A stretch of 53,472 nucleotides of DNA from a virus. Taxonomy: Duplodnaviria; Caudoviricetes. Positions 45,507 through 53,472 of this stretch are shown piece by piece (the stretch's first letter is position 1; each line of letters opens with the position of its first letter). The position numbers and the translations under genes were made by a program. The DNA lies in the IMG/VR virus record IMGVR_UViG_3300025930_000004, positions 1 to 53,472 of that record; one strand, written 5' to 3'. The notes beneath the pieces are model-generated. The model was given only the letters and a program-made list of their open reading frames with translations. It was not told the DNA's origin and searched no databases.

Positions 45507-45752
45507 TTAATCCTCCGAAGCAACACGGTAAACCTTTCGCTTGGCGAAACTGAAGCCAAATGCGCTTGACAGAACGAACACAATCGGCCCGGTGCAACAG
45601 AGTCCAGGCAGCAAGGCCACCAGGAAGCCCGGCCAGTCATCCAAGCCGAGGGCCTCAGCCAGCCCGATACCCGCAATGGCCGCCACTACTACCAAGCCGA
45701 GGTTGAGCGATAGCGCCGCCTCGTTGATTCTCCACGGTCCTTTGACGATCAT
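45507..45752 (-). CDS. Two-TM membrane protein
   Basis: GGAGG RBS; hydrophobic helices. Confidence 0.65.
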   Translation of the reverse strand: MIVKGPWRINEAALSLNLGLVVVAAIAGIGLAEALGLDDWPGFLVALLPGLCCTGPIVFVLSSAFGFSFAKRKVYRVASED

Positions 45753-45809
45753 AGTTGTCCTCCCCTATCCATCACACATGCCCCCCTTATTTTTTTCTCT
45801 CTCCTATAT

Positions 45810-45861
45810 GGTCTCGGTCTGGTCGATAAGCGAGACCACGACCGAGACCGCAACCGAGACC
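45810..45861. repeat. CGAGACC direct/inverted repeat cluster
   Basis: GGTCTCGGTC followed by three CGAGACC copies. Confidence 0.6.
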
Positions 45862-45862
45862 A

Positions 45863-46306
45863 TTAGCGGTAGCAGATAGGCATCCGCCAGCGCACCACAT
45901 CAAGGCCGTCACGCTCTACCCGCTGGCGTCCTACCACTACTGCCCGCTCGAATTCTTCGGGCGTTACCTCGTCAATGCGCCGGCCATCGTGAATTCGAGC
46001 AACCCTCAGTAGTGCGATAGCCCGATGCCAACGCCGTGGGCCGATACCGCACGCGCCACACGCCCGCCGGCTGGTACTCTGCTGGGCAAAGTAAAGCGCA
46101 CCGATCAGGTAGGCGTCCGTTTCAGCCCTACGCAATAGATTTAACTCGGTATCCTTCAACCTGCGCCGCAACTGTCTATTCTCGTGGCGTAGCTGGGCGT
46201 TTTCCTTGCGCAATCGGTCAATGATAAGGCGCTGCTTGGCGATGACCGCTCTCAGTTTTGCCGGGTCATTGTGGGCGGCGAAGGCATCAATCAACTGGCG
46301 AATCAT
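45863..46306 (-). CDS. Hypothetical coiled-coil protein
   Basis: TGATG coupling; 147 aa. Confidence 0.7.
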   Translation of the reverse strand: MIRQLIDAFAAHNDPAKLRAVIAKQRLIIDRLRKENAQLRHENRQLRRRLKDTELNLLRRAETDAYLIGALYFAQQSTSRRACGACGIGPRRWHRAIALLRVARIHDGRRIDEVTPEEFERAVVVGRQRVERDGLDVVRWRMPICYR

Positions 46307-46800
46307 CAGTCACGCTCCAAATGGCGGATATAGGCATCCAGCGCCTTCTCTGCCAAGCTGTGATCGTCGGCCAGCTTCTGGCTTGCCAAGTCATGCGCCA
46401 GGTCTGCTTTGTGGCGCTCCAAGCCGCTGGCGCTGTGACGATACTCCTGCTGATTGAGCGCCCATATCGTACCAGCGGTCAGGCCAGCAAAAACGAGCAA
46501 GGGCACCAACGGGTCATCCAGCACGTACAGGATACCAAAGCAGATGACCAGCCAGGGCACCAGCCAGGGCAGGGCACGGATGGCCAGCCCTATTGCCCGC
46601 TGGATGGGTGTAGCCGTCTCCCGTAGACTCTCCAGAGCGGCTAGGTGGCTCTCTGTGAGCGTTTGGCCGTTACCGTGGCTGATTGGATAGGCCATTGGGT
46701 TGGGTTGCTTTGCGGGCAGGTTGGGCACCCATGAATCACCCTGTTTGAGCAGGTCGATTTCTTCCCACGGCCCGGTGTTGACTTCGCCTGATTTCTTCAT
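46306..46800 (-). CDS. Two-TM membrane protein
   Basis: 164 aa with a central hydrophobic hairpin. Confidence 0.7.
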   Translation of the reverse strand: MKKSGEVNTGPWEEIDLLKQGDSWVPNLPAKQPNPMAYPISHGNGQTLTESHLAALESLRETATPIQRAIGLAIRALPWLVPWLVICFGILYVLDDPLVPLLVFAGLTAGTIWALNQQEYRHSASGLERHKADLAHDLASQKLADDHSLAEKALDAYIRHLERD

Positions 46801-46953
46801 GGTTTCACCGCCCTCGCAGAACGCCGATGAACACCATCAGCGCCAGCGCCGCTGGCCGAACTGGTTTGACGTGGTAGCCTTCGGCGTGGCGCTGAAACAG
46901 GCAACCCAAAGCAATGCCGGCCATGCAGGATAAAACGGTCACGGTAATGAAGT

Positions 46954-47163
46954 TCATGGTAGCGCCTCCTCCAGCCAATGGTGCGGGGGCTGGCGCCGCT
47001 GATTGGCTCCGTTGATGTAGATAACGCCGCTCTCCAGGTCTACGGTGTTGCCGTGCATCTCCTGTTGCAAGATGAATGCCGGACGGTATTTCAGCTTAAC
47101 GCCGCTGGCCTCCAAATCCTTCAACTCCTGCAATGCCTGCACCAAATCGTTGATTGTCTGCAT
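46954..47163 (-). CDS. Hypothetical protein
   Basis: AGGGGG RBS; 69 aa. Confidence 0.6.
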   Translation of the reverse strand: MQTINDLVQALQELKDLEASGVKLKYRPAFILQQEMHGNTVDLESGVIYINGANQRRQPPHHWLEEALP

Positions 47164-47851
47164 ATTGCCCCCTGTTGAATGTGGAGGGCAAATAAAAGCA
47201 CCCTCCAGGCGATTGAATTACCGCTGGGGGGTGCTTAGCTGTATGATATGCGCAGCCTGCACCGCTGCCTTTCTTAGGGCTCCAGCGGCTGTATGGTGAG
47301 CAGGGGGGTGACGGAGTAATCGTCATCTCCCTGCGTTCGTTTATGGTGCCCGGCTGGATTGTTCCACCAGCCGGGGCTTTGTTTGCCGACACAGCGCCAG
47401 CCAGTCGGCATAGATTGAATGTCCTATTGTGGCTTTAACAACCGTTCAGTTGTTAAAGTTCGGCAACTTCCCAATACTTCTCCTTGCAACCATCCTTTCA
47501 CACACATGATACGGTACAGGATGCGGCCCCGTGGTGTGCGACGGGTGATATTCAGTTATGTCAACGCCCAGATTCGGCGGATTGACCTACTCATCATCGT
47601 CCTGCGCCTTGCGCAAATCGTCCCGGTATTCGTCCCGGTGGCCCTCGTCGTCCTGGCGCTTCTGTAGCCGCCATTGCCAAAACCACAGGACGCCAAACAG
47701 GACACAGAATGCTCCGATAATGCCCAGCCCCCAGACGACAGGCCAAAATTGTGACGTTTGCATTAGCGATCCCGCTCCTCATACCATACTCGCACGACCA
47801 CGTAGACCACGACCAGGGCGATGGAGATGCCCAAGAAAGACAATTCGAGCA

Positions 47852-48112
47852 TTAGCCGTCCTCCTCTGGCGGGGACTCTCCGAGCGTATAGCCGTGGCGC
47901 CATGCCCAGAGAATCAGGTCGGCCATGTTGTGCCCGCCGATTTTGTGGTATATGCGGGAAATATCCGTCCGAACTGTACCTTGCGTCACTCCCAGCCGCT
48001 GGGCTATTGCCGCATAGGTGGTATATCCGGCCAGGATAGCGCACAATATGCGCTCCTCTGGCGGGTCTAATAGGGGCACCAGTCGATAGCGGGATGGGGG
48101 CTTTAGGATCAT
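47852..48112 (-). CDS. LuxR-family HTH regulator
   Basis: LDPPEERIL..GYTTYAAIAQRLGVTQGTVRTDISRIYHKIG. Confidence 0.85.
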   Translation of the reverse strand: MILKPPSRYRLVPLLDPPEERILCAILAGYTTYAAIAQRLGVTQGTVRTDISRIYHKIGGHNMADLILWAWRHGYTLGESPPEEDG

Positions 48113-48309
48113 CGGTGTATCCTGCGCCTCGGCACGTCCAGCAGCACCGCCTGTTCCGGTTGCACTTCCAACACGCTGGCGAGTGCTGCGCCTAGCAGTT
48201 GCAAGTCTGCCAGGGCTTGGCGGTCACGTTCTGGCGACATCGGGGTTGGGCGCTGGATGTAGTTTTGTAGGCGCCGGTACGCCGCCCTCAGTTCGTCTCG
48301 GTTGGTCAT
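48109..48309 (-). CDS. Hypothetical protein
   Basis: ATGA overlaps on both sides. Confidence 0.6.
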   Translation of the reverse strand: MTNRDELRAAYRRLQNYIQRPTPMSPERDRQALADLQLLGAALASVLEVQPEQAVLLDVPRRRIHR

Positions 48310-48512
48310 GCGTCTACCTTCGCAGGGGGGAGTGGAATATCCTTCTGCCACGCTTCAAGCAATTTAAGAAACTCCTCCGGGCAATCTTCTATTTCCATCG
48401 TGCCCGCACGCACACCGTATGCTGTCACAGTCAACGCAAATAAAGCTACTACTACCTCTCTCGTAATAGGCACAAGCAAAACTGGTTCGCCTTGTCGTTT
48501 CCAATCGGTCAT
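48306..48512 (-). CDS. Hypothetical protein
   Basis: ATGA overlaps. Confidence 0.55.
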   Translation of the reverse strand: MTDWKRQGEPVLLVPITREVVVALFALTVTAYGVRAGTMEIEDCPEEFLKLLEAWQKDIPLPPAKVDA

Positions 48513-48603
48513 CGGTGCCCCCAGGCGTAATCAATCAGCGCCACCAGAATCGAGACGATGACCCAACTCGCCGCCACCAGGAAGGCCCAACGTGCGATAC
48601 AGG

Positions 48604-48828
48604 TCATGGCCTCACCATCCCCGGCAGCCGCACGCCTATCGAATAGGCCAGTTCTACCGTTTCCCGCCTGCACAGCCAGCGTTGCGCCGGGCGGCTCAAT
48701 CGAGCCTCTTTTTTCTTGGCATCCCGCCACGCCTGCAACAGCACAGCGCAGAGTAGCAGGCGGTAGTTCTCGGATACAGGGTCGGCGGTGTAGGTTGGCC
48801 CTCCGGTGAGGTTGTGGGTTGTGATCAT
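48604..48828 (-). CDS. Hypothetical protein
   Basis: YRLLLCAVLLQAWRDA..AQRWL; ATGA overlap. Confidence 0.6.
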   Translation of the reverse strand: MITTHNLTGGPTYTADPVSENYRLLLCAVLLQAWRDAKKKEARLSRPAQRWLCRRETVELAYSIGVRLPGMVRP

Positions 48829-49040
48829 GGTTGCGCCGTCACTTTCGGATGATAGCCCCAACTGGACGGTGGCCCCAGGTCCGTTCCGTTTACTTCCCAG
48901 AAACGTTCCCACCATCCGCCGCACCAAACCTTTTCCCATTCGGTGTATGGATAGGGGCATTGCGCGGCGTTCAGCCCCCTGTCGTAACCTTTGCGCCCGT
49001 CCTGATGGGCGACGGATTTGGTCAGTCTCTTTCCGCTCAC
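48825..49040 (-). CDS. Ribosome modulation factor (Rmf/CrpP)-fold protein
   Basis: AHQDGxxGxxxG..CPY-8x-WCGGW, same spacing as E. coli RMF AHQRG..CPY..WLGGW (recalled). Confidence 0.75.
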   Translation of the reverse strand: MSGKRLTKSVAHQDGRKGYDRGLNAAQCPYPYTEWEKVWCGGWWERFWEVNGTDLGPPSSWGYHPKVTAQP

Positions 49041-49131
49041 GGTTTAGCCCCCAAACGACACGCCGCCCAGACGACCAGGCCAGCGAGTGAACCCAACACG
49101 AAGTAAATGATTGCGGCGGCGAGTAGAATTG

Positions 49132-49344
49132 TCATGCCCCCACCGTCTCTTTCTCCACCGTCTGCACGATAGCCGGCCTCTCGCCAGGATAGGCAGCGTC
49201 AAATGCCTCTCGGCTCTCGAATGCTGGCAGAAAGCCGATGCTGCCATCCGGCGACTTCATATCCACCGTGACAGAAAACGGCAAATTCGCCGTCAACTCT
49301 ATCGACTCCCATGCGATGACCGCCATGCGCATGTAGTAGGTCAT
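49132..49344 (-). CDS. Hypothetical protein
   Basis: ATGA overlap; GGAG RBS. Confidence 0.6.
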   Translation of the reverse strand: MTYYMRMAVIAWESIELTANLPFSVTVDMKSPDGSIGFLPAFESREAFDAAYPGERPAIVQTVEKETVGA

Positions 49345-50216
49345 ACTCCCGCCTTCGCCGGCTGGCTGTCATCCCACTGGTTGAACGGTCGCATATCCGG
49401 CCCGGCCAGGTTGACCACCTGCGCCCGGCCATCCTGCAAGCGCGAAAACACGTCACCCGGTAGGCGCTCCAGCTTGGCATTGGTCGCCAAGAGCGTCAAC
49501 AGGTTTCCCATGCTGCGCCAGCGTTCGTCAATCAAGCGGCTGAAGCGCTCAAGCGCCCACTCGGTTGTATTGAACTTTTCGAGTTCATCCACGGCCAGCA
49601 CTTCGGCGCTGGTGAGCAGGTTCCAGCGTTCGTCTATGTCCAGCTCTGCGCCTGGTTTGTACGCTTGGCGTAGATGGTCCATTAGATGCGCCGTGGTTGC
49701 GTAGACGGCGGGTATACCAGCGTTGCGGGCCTTGTTGACTGCGCAGGTAAGCAATTCGGTTTTGCCCATCCCCCAGCCGCCGGTAAGGGTAATCATCCCT
49801 CTACGCTTCGTAATCGCCTCCGTGACCGCCTGATATGCCCTGCGGTTGTCATCTGAGATCACAAAGTTCTCAAACTTGCGCAGCCGTTCGTCCGGCTGCA
49901 AACCGTCAATCTTCAGCAGGTGCTGGCGGCGCCGCTCGGCAAAATCATGCGCCTTGCACTCACAGGGAAACACCTTACCGAACTCTGGATGCTTCGGGTT
50001 ATCGGTCGTATACACCCAGCCCATGTCCCGGCAACGGTGGCAGGTATAACCCACCACGAACACCGGCGGATTAGGCTGGGGGGATGTGGCGACCGTTGCG
50101 GGATTGCTGCTCGGCAAGCTCAGCGGCACGCTGATTGGCGTTGGCTTTGAATCGCTCACGGAAATAGGCGGCTTGTTCGGGGCTGACGGTAACGCTGGTG
50201 CTGTTTGCTTGCTCAT
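49341..50216 (-). CDS. DnaC/IstB-like helicase loader ATPase
   Basis: CHRCRDMGWV..PCEC zinc site; GGWGMGKT; LAVDEL; IDERW; SRL. Confidence 0.9.
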   Translation of the reverse strand: MSKQTAPALPSAPNKPPISVSDSKPTPISVPLSLPSSNPATVATSPQPNPPVFVVGYTCHRCRDMGWVYTTDNPKHPEFGKVFPCECKAHDFAERRRQHLLKIDGLQPDERLRKFENFVISDDNRRAYQAVTEAITKRRGMITLTGGWGMGKTELLTCAVNKARNAGIPAVYATTAHLMDHLRQAYKPGAELDIDERWNLLTSAEVLAVDELEKFNTTEWALERFSRLIDERWRSMGNLLTLLATNAKLERLPGDVFSRLQDGRAQVVNLAGPDMRPFNQWDDSQPAKAGV

Positions 50217-51120
50217 TAGATTCCTTGCTCAAAATACCAAACTCGCGACGGCCGTTGCTTGCAGTGCCAGGGCGCCCAGGTGGGCCACCAGCACGATACC
50301 AATCCAGATGGCCAAATGTCCTCCAGCCATCGCCGTAAAGCTCTGACCATCGTTCGCATATCGTTCGCCATAGCGCCAAGTCGGTCGCCGTTTCTCGAAT
50401 CATCGCCATCTGGCGGCTAGTCATTGACCGGGCGGTGTATTCTCTCAGAATCCAGTAGGCGTCAATCCCGGTTCCCGGCTTTACCAGCCTACCCGGTGCA
50501 GCCGTTCCCGCGTCAACCTCAGCAGCGCCATTCGCATAGTTACTCTTTTGGCGTTTTTGCATGTCCAACTCTGTTGGCGGGTTGGGTAACTCCAAATCAA
50601 TAACAGGTGTTGGCACAGTGGGGGGGGGCTGTGCGACCTTGACGGCTGGCGGTTGCGTGATAACGGGATCAAGATACTCTCTCGCGGTTGTAGTTGGTTC
50701 TGTTGTTGTAGTTGGTTCTATATATAGAGAGGATGTCGAAACTTGCACCCTTTCTTCGTCGTAACTTGCACCCTTTCCGTTGAAACTTGCACCCTTTTGA
50801 ACGCCAGAACCCTGCAAGACTTGCACCCTTTTGGCATCAAACCCTGCAAGACTTGCACCCTTTAGTATCAGGCGGTATGTAACGACATGGCCGCGTCCGT
50901 CGCCGCCTGATACCTGTTCGATGTGTTGGCCTTCGATAAGGTTTTGGATGGCGTATTGGGTGGCACGAATCGATAGGCCGGCTTCGCGGGCGATAGTTTC
51001 TTGTCCTGGCCAAGCCAGGCCGCTATCGTCCGCATAATCAGCCAGGATAGACAGCACATGCCGGGCGCTGCGCCGGGGGCCATTATAGGAACGCACAAGA
51101 TCACGGTACTTTCTACCCAT
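50071..51120 (-). CDS. Replication initiator with N-terminal wHTH
   Basis: VLSILADYADDSGLAWPGQETIAREAGLSIR; internal iterons. Confidence 0.88.
   Translation of the reverse strand: MGRKYRDLVRSYNGPRRSARHVLSILADYADDSGLAWPGQETIAREAGLSIRATQYAIQNLIEGQHIEQVSGGDGRGHVVTYRLILKGASLAGFDAKRVQVLQGSGVQKGASFNGKGASYDEERVQVSTSSLYIEPTTTTEPTTTAREYLDPVITQPPAVKVAQPPPTVPTPVIDLELPNPPTELDMQKRQKSNYANGAAEVDAGTAAPGRLVKPGTGIDAYWILREYTARSMTSRQMAMIRETATDLALWRTICERWSELYGDGWRTFGHLDWYRAGGPPGRPGTASNGRREFGILSKESNEQANSTSVTVSPEQAAYFRERFKANANQRAAELAEQQSRNGRHIPPA
50741..50863. repeat. Replication origin iterons
   Basis: ACTTGCACCCTTT at 50741, 50764, 50785, 50819 and 50851, next to a TATATATA tract. Confidence 0.85.
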
Positions 51121-51123
51121 CGT

Positions 51124-51525
51124 CTACGCCCGCCCTTCCGCCGTCACCGGCTGCATCCGTTGTTGGGCGAACGATGAAAATTCAGCCGCCCAGCAATCGT
51201 CACACAGTTCAGGGTGGTCGTCTGTTCCTTCAGCGCAGCAAACCGTCTTGCCGCATCGGTCGCACGTCCACGGGTCGCCGTAGCAGGGGCCGGGGTGGTC
51301 ACTCTGGCAGCAGGGATTGCGCCCAGGCTGCGCATTGGGCGTCAACAGCGCATCGGGTATCGGCGTGTCCGGCTCGGCTTGCATCAAAAATGTGGTATAG
51401 CCTGCCCTCTCTAGGGATCGCATGTGGAGAACGGTATTGGCGATTCCGCAATGCGTGGCTGTAATACACTCGCCGTTGCGGTCGCCAGCTAGAATCATCC
51501 AACGTTGCGTGTCAATGGGAATCAT
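51124..51525 (-). CDS. Cys-rich hypothetical protein
   Basis: CDRCGK..LCDDCW; GAGG RBS. Confidence 0.65.
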   Translation of the reverse strand: MIPIDTQRWMILAGDRNGECITATHCGIANTVLHMRSLERAGYTTFLMQAEPDTPIPDALLTPNAQPGRNPCCQSDHPGPCYGDPWTCDRCGKTVCCAEGTDDHPELCDDCWAAEFSSFAQQRMQPVTAEGRA

Positions 51526-51793
51526 GCGGCCACCGCCTCACCACGCAGGGCCGTATTCATCAGGTGTTCAACGTAGGCCAGGCCGGGCTGATTGGGCGTA
51601 TCGTGGAGCAGATGGAGCAGCCAGTCATTTTGGCGCTTGGTGATGTCGAGCGGAATGCGCTTGCTGTAAGTGTCCAGCAGGTCGATAATTTCCAGCATGT
51701 TGAGACAGCTGGTCGGAGTGCGGAGCCTGTATGCCGCTTCATAGGCGGCGGCTAATGCGTTGCGTGGAGTGTTGCTGATGATCGTATTCATCA
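51522..51793 (-). CDS. Hypothetical protein (start approximate)
   Basis: AAAGG RBS before MMNT; ATGA overlap downstream. Confidence 0.55.
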
Positions 51794-51840
51794 TCGGAGC
51801 CTTTCTATGAATCACACCGCTGCAGGGGCGGTGTCCGTCA

Positions 51841-52857
51841 CTATTCGTATCGGCGTGTCCAGGGCAGATGTAGCCTACCCGCTGCCTCTTTCTTCGCCCG
51901 TTCGCCTCGTCGGTCGTATCCGGCGGTCGTGTTGGCGCTGGAGTGGCCCATCAGTTTTTGCACAGTCACCAGGTCCACGCCAGCATCTAGTAAGTCACCT
52001 GCGAAGGTGCGGCGCATGTCGTGCGGGCCAAACGCTTTGACGCCTGCCACTGCCGCCCGGCGCTGTACCATCTTCCAGACTGAGCCCGGCGTGATGGGCC
52101 GATTGATGATGTGCCCGTTGCGGACGGAGCGGAACAGCGGCCCGTCGCCGGAGCCTCGCACATGCAGCCAGTCGGCCATAATGTCGTCAACCGGCGTTGT
52201 GTAAAGCGTGCGCTGCTTTCGTCCTTTGCCGAACACGATCAGTTGGCTGATCTCCCGGCTGTAGTCGGCTAGTTCCAGGTTGGCGATTTCCGCCCTGCGC
52301 AGCCCGCAACAGACGCCCACGCCGATAATTGCCCCATCTCTGGGTCCGGCTGGGCCGGAGTCATCCCGGCAGGTATTCATCAGCGCCGCAATTTCTCCGC
52401 TGGTCAGCGCACGCCCGGCGGCCTGGTCTGGGCCTTCGCCTCGGATAGACGGCACTAGAAGCGCCCGCTGCATCGACTCTGCATCCATCAAGCCGAGTTT
52501 CCATGCTGCCGTCATCACGCCACGCAGCGCAGACATATACTTTCTGCCCGTCGCCGGGCTGTAGTGTTCGGTGAGCTTGGCACGGACAGCGTTGACGTGC
52601 TGCCATTTGAGTTGGTGCCACGGAATCGCCGCCGGGCTGCATTCGCCATTTGTCAGGATGGCGGCAATAACGCCCAACGCAGCGCCCATCGAGCGGCGTG
52701 ACGACTTGCCCAGCCCTGCAAGATAGGCCAGGGTCGGCTGTTCGGCTGCGTGGCTGCTGAGAACTGGCAGTAGCCGGTCGTTCGGTAGTATCTCTACATA
52801 CATTGTCGGAAGGACGGTGAACACGCAATTGACATCGAAACCAATATCCTGTACCAT
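51841..52857 (-). CDS. Tyrosine recombinase (integrase / XerC-like)
   Basis: GLRRAEI, GKGRKQR, HDMRRT, LMGHSSANTTAGYD; AAGGAG RBS. Confidence 0.93.
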   Translation of the reverse strand: MVQDIGFDVNCVFTVLPTMYVEILPNDRLLPVLSSHAAEQPTLAYLAGLGKSSRRSMGAALGVIAAILTNGECSPAAIPWHQLKWQHVNAVRAKLTEHYSPATGRKYMSALRGVMTAAWKLGLMDAESMQRALLVPSIRGEGPDQAAGRALTSGEIAALMNTCRDDSGPAGPRDGAIIGVGVCCGLRRAEIANLELADYSREISQLIVFGKGRKQRTLYTTPVDDIMADWLHVRGSGDGPLFRSVRNGHIINRPITPGSVWKMVQRRAAVAGVKAFGPHDMRRTFAGDLLDAGVDLVTVQKLMGHSSANTTAGYDRRGERAKKEAAGRLHLPWTRRYE

Positions 52858-52884
52858 TGTGGTGCGCTCCTTTTGGGGTGCTGG

Positions 52885-52928
52885 AAAACCGTCAGGGCTT
52901 TCGCAAGAACTGCTGACGGTTTTATTTT
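52885..52928. terminator. Hairpin between excisionase-like gene and recombinase
   Basis: AAAACCGTCAG / CTGACGGTTTT. Confidence 0.6.
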
Positions 52929-52977
52929 ATCCCCCAAAAGTTCAAGGGCCGATAATGAACATTCTAGCCCCATGAAA

Positions 52978-53235
52978 TCATCGTTTTGCGGTCAATTTGG
53001 CAGCCAATTCCTCATCGAAATCAAAGTTGTGTAGCCGGGAAAATCGGCGTAACTCATCGACTGAAATGCGAAAAGTCCCTTGCGGGCCAACACGACGATG
53101 ATCGATAAGTCCCTGCTTGCACCAACGCCAAATATTTTCCCGGCTCTGGCCGATGACCTGGCTAGCCTGGGTTAAAGAAAGTTCTGGCATACAGCGCAGT
53201 CTCATTGATGGGTGCTGCGTAAGCGTTGCAATCAT
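52978..53235 (-). CDS. Excisionase-like (HTH_17/MerR-type) DNA-binding protein, possibly leaderless
   Basis: LSLTQASQVIGQSRENIWRWCKQGLI..FRISVDELRRF; ATG 53235 lies at the expected TSS (alternative start 53190). Confidence 0.8.
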   Translation of the reverse strand: MIATLTQHPSMRLRCMPELSLTQASQVIGQSRENIWRWCKQGLIDHRRVGPQGTFRISVDELRRFSRLHNFDFDEELAAKLTAKR

Positions 53236-53242
53236 GAAATTT

Positions 53243-53271
53243 ATTATAAGCCTGTTCCGGCCAAATTGCAA
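53243..53271 (-). promoter_or_regulatory. Leftward early promoter
   Basis: TTGCAA-17 nt-TATAAT on the minus strand. Confidence 0.75.
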
Positions 53272-53373
53272 TAGGCAAACATTAAAAACTTGTGAAGAAC
53301 CTATGAAGTTTACCCTACGACATTTTGCGCCGTAGTTGTAACGCCACTAGTGGAATTTTTCACGTACCCTTAG

Positions 53374-53472
53374 AGGGTTGCGTGGCGTATTATTTGATGG
53401 TACGATATTAGCGCCGGGCTCGTATTCAGCCAGGCACAGGTTTCGACTCGACTTGGGGTCCGGTCAAAACCA
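53374..53472. repeat. Exact terminal direct repeat (copy 2)
   Basis: Identical to 1-99. Confidence 0.97.

Noticed and set aside
1-53472. Canonical endolysin, tRNA genes, alternative genetic code
   Set aside because: None recognisable by eye; genes are intact under the standard code. Absence of an endolysin needs HMM confirmation

Overview
The window is an apparently complete, circularly permuted temperate siphovirus-like genome of about 53,373 bp; bases 1-99 are repeated exactly at 53374-53472, most likely an assembly overlap. The host is unknown; a Chloroflexota-like host is a weak inference only. An immunity region spans the junction. It holds an XRE repressor, divergent sigma70-type promoters, small-RNA-like units and a protein-less IS200/IS605 (TnpB omega-RNA-like) mini-element. 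The leftward early operon encodes an excisionase-like HTH, a tyrosine recombinase, a replication initiator with iterons, a DnaC-like loader, an RMF-like protein and a LuxR HTH. The rightward arm runs from early genes (Sak4-like ATPase) through an unusual CHAT protease / membrane protein / EAD1-like / beta-helix cassette and an extra structural block. It continues with ParB-methyltransferase, terminase (with intein), portal, head and tail genes. No canonical endolysin is recognisable. The most notable observations are (1) the caspase-like CHAT + EAD1 cassette where a lysis module would be expected, (2) the orphan omega-RNA, (3) a 22-aa ORF mimicking a segment of the phage's own major capsid protein, (4) three heptamer-flanked hairpin elements in the tail operon carrying overlapping mini-ORFs, and (5) inserted genes that duplicate the start of their downstream neighbour. 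All family assignments come from motif recognition by eye, not database searches.
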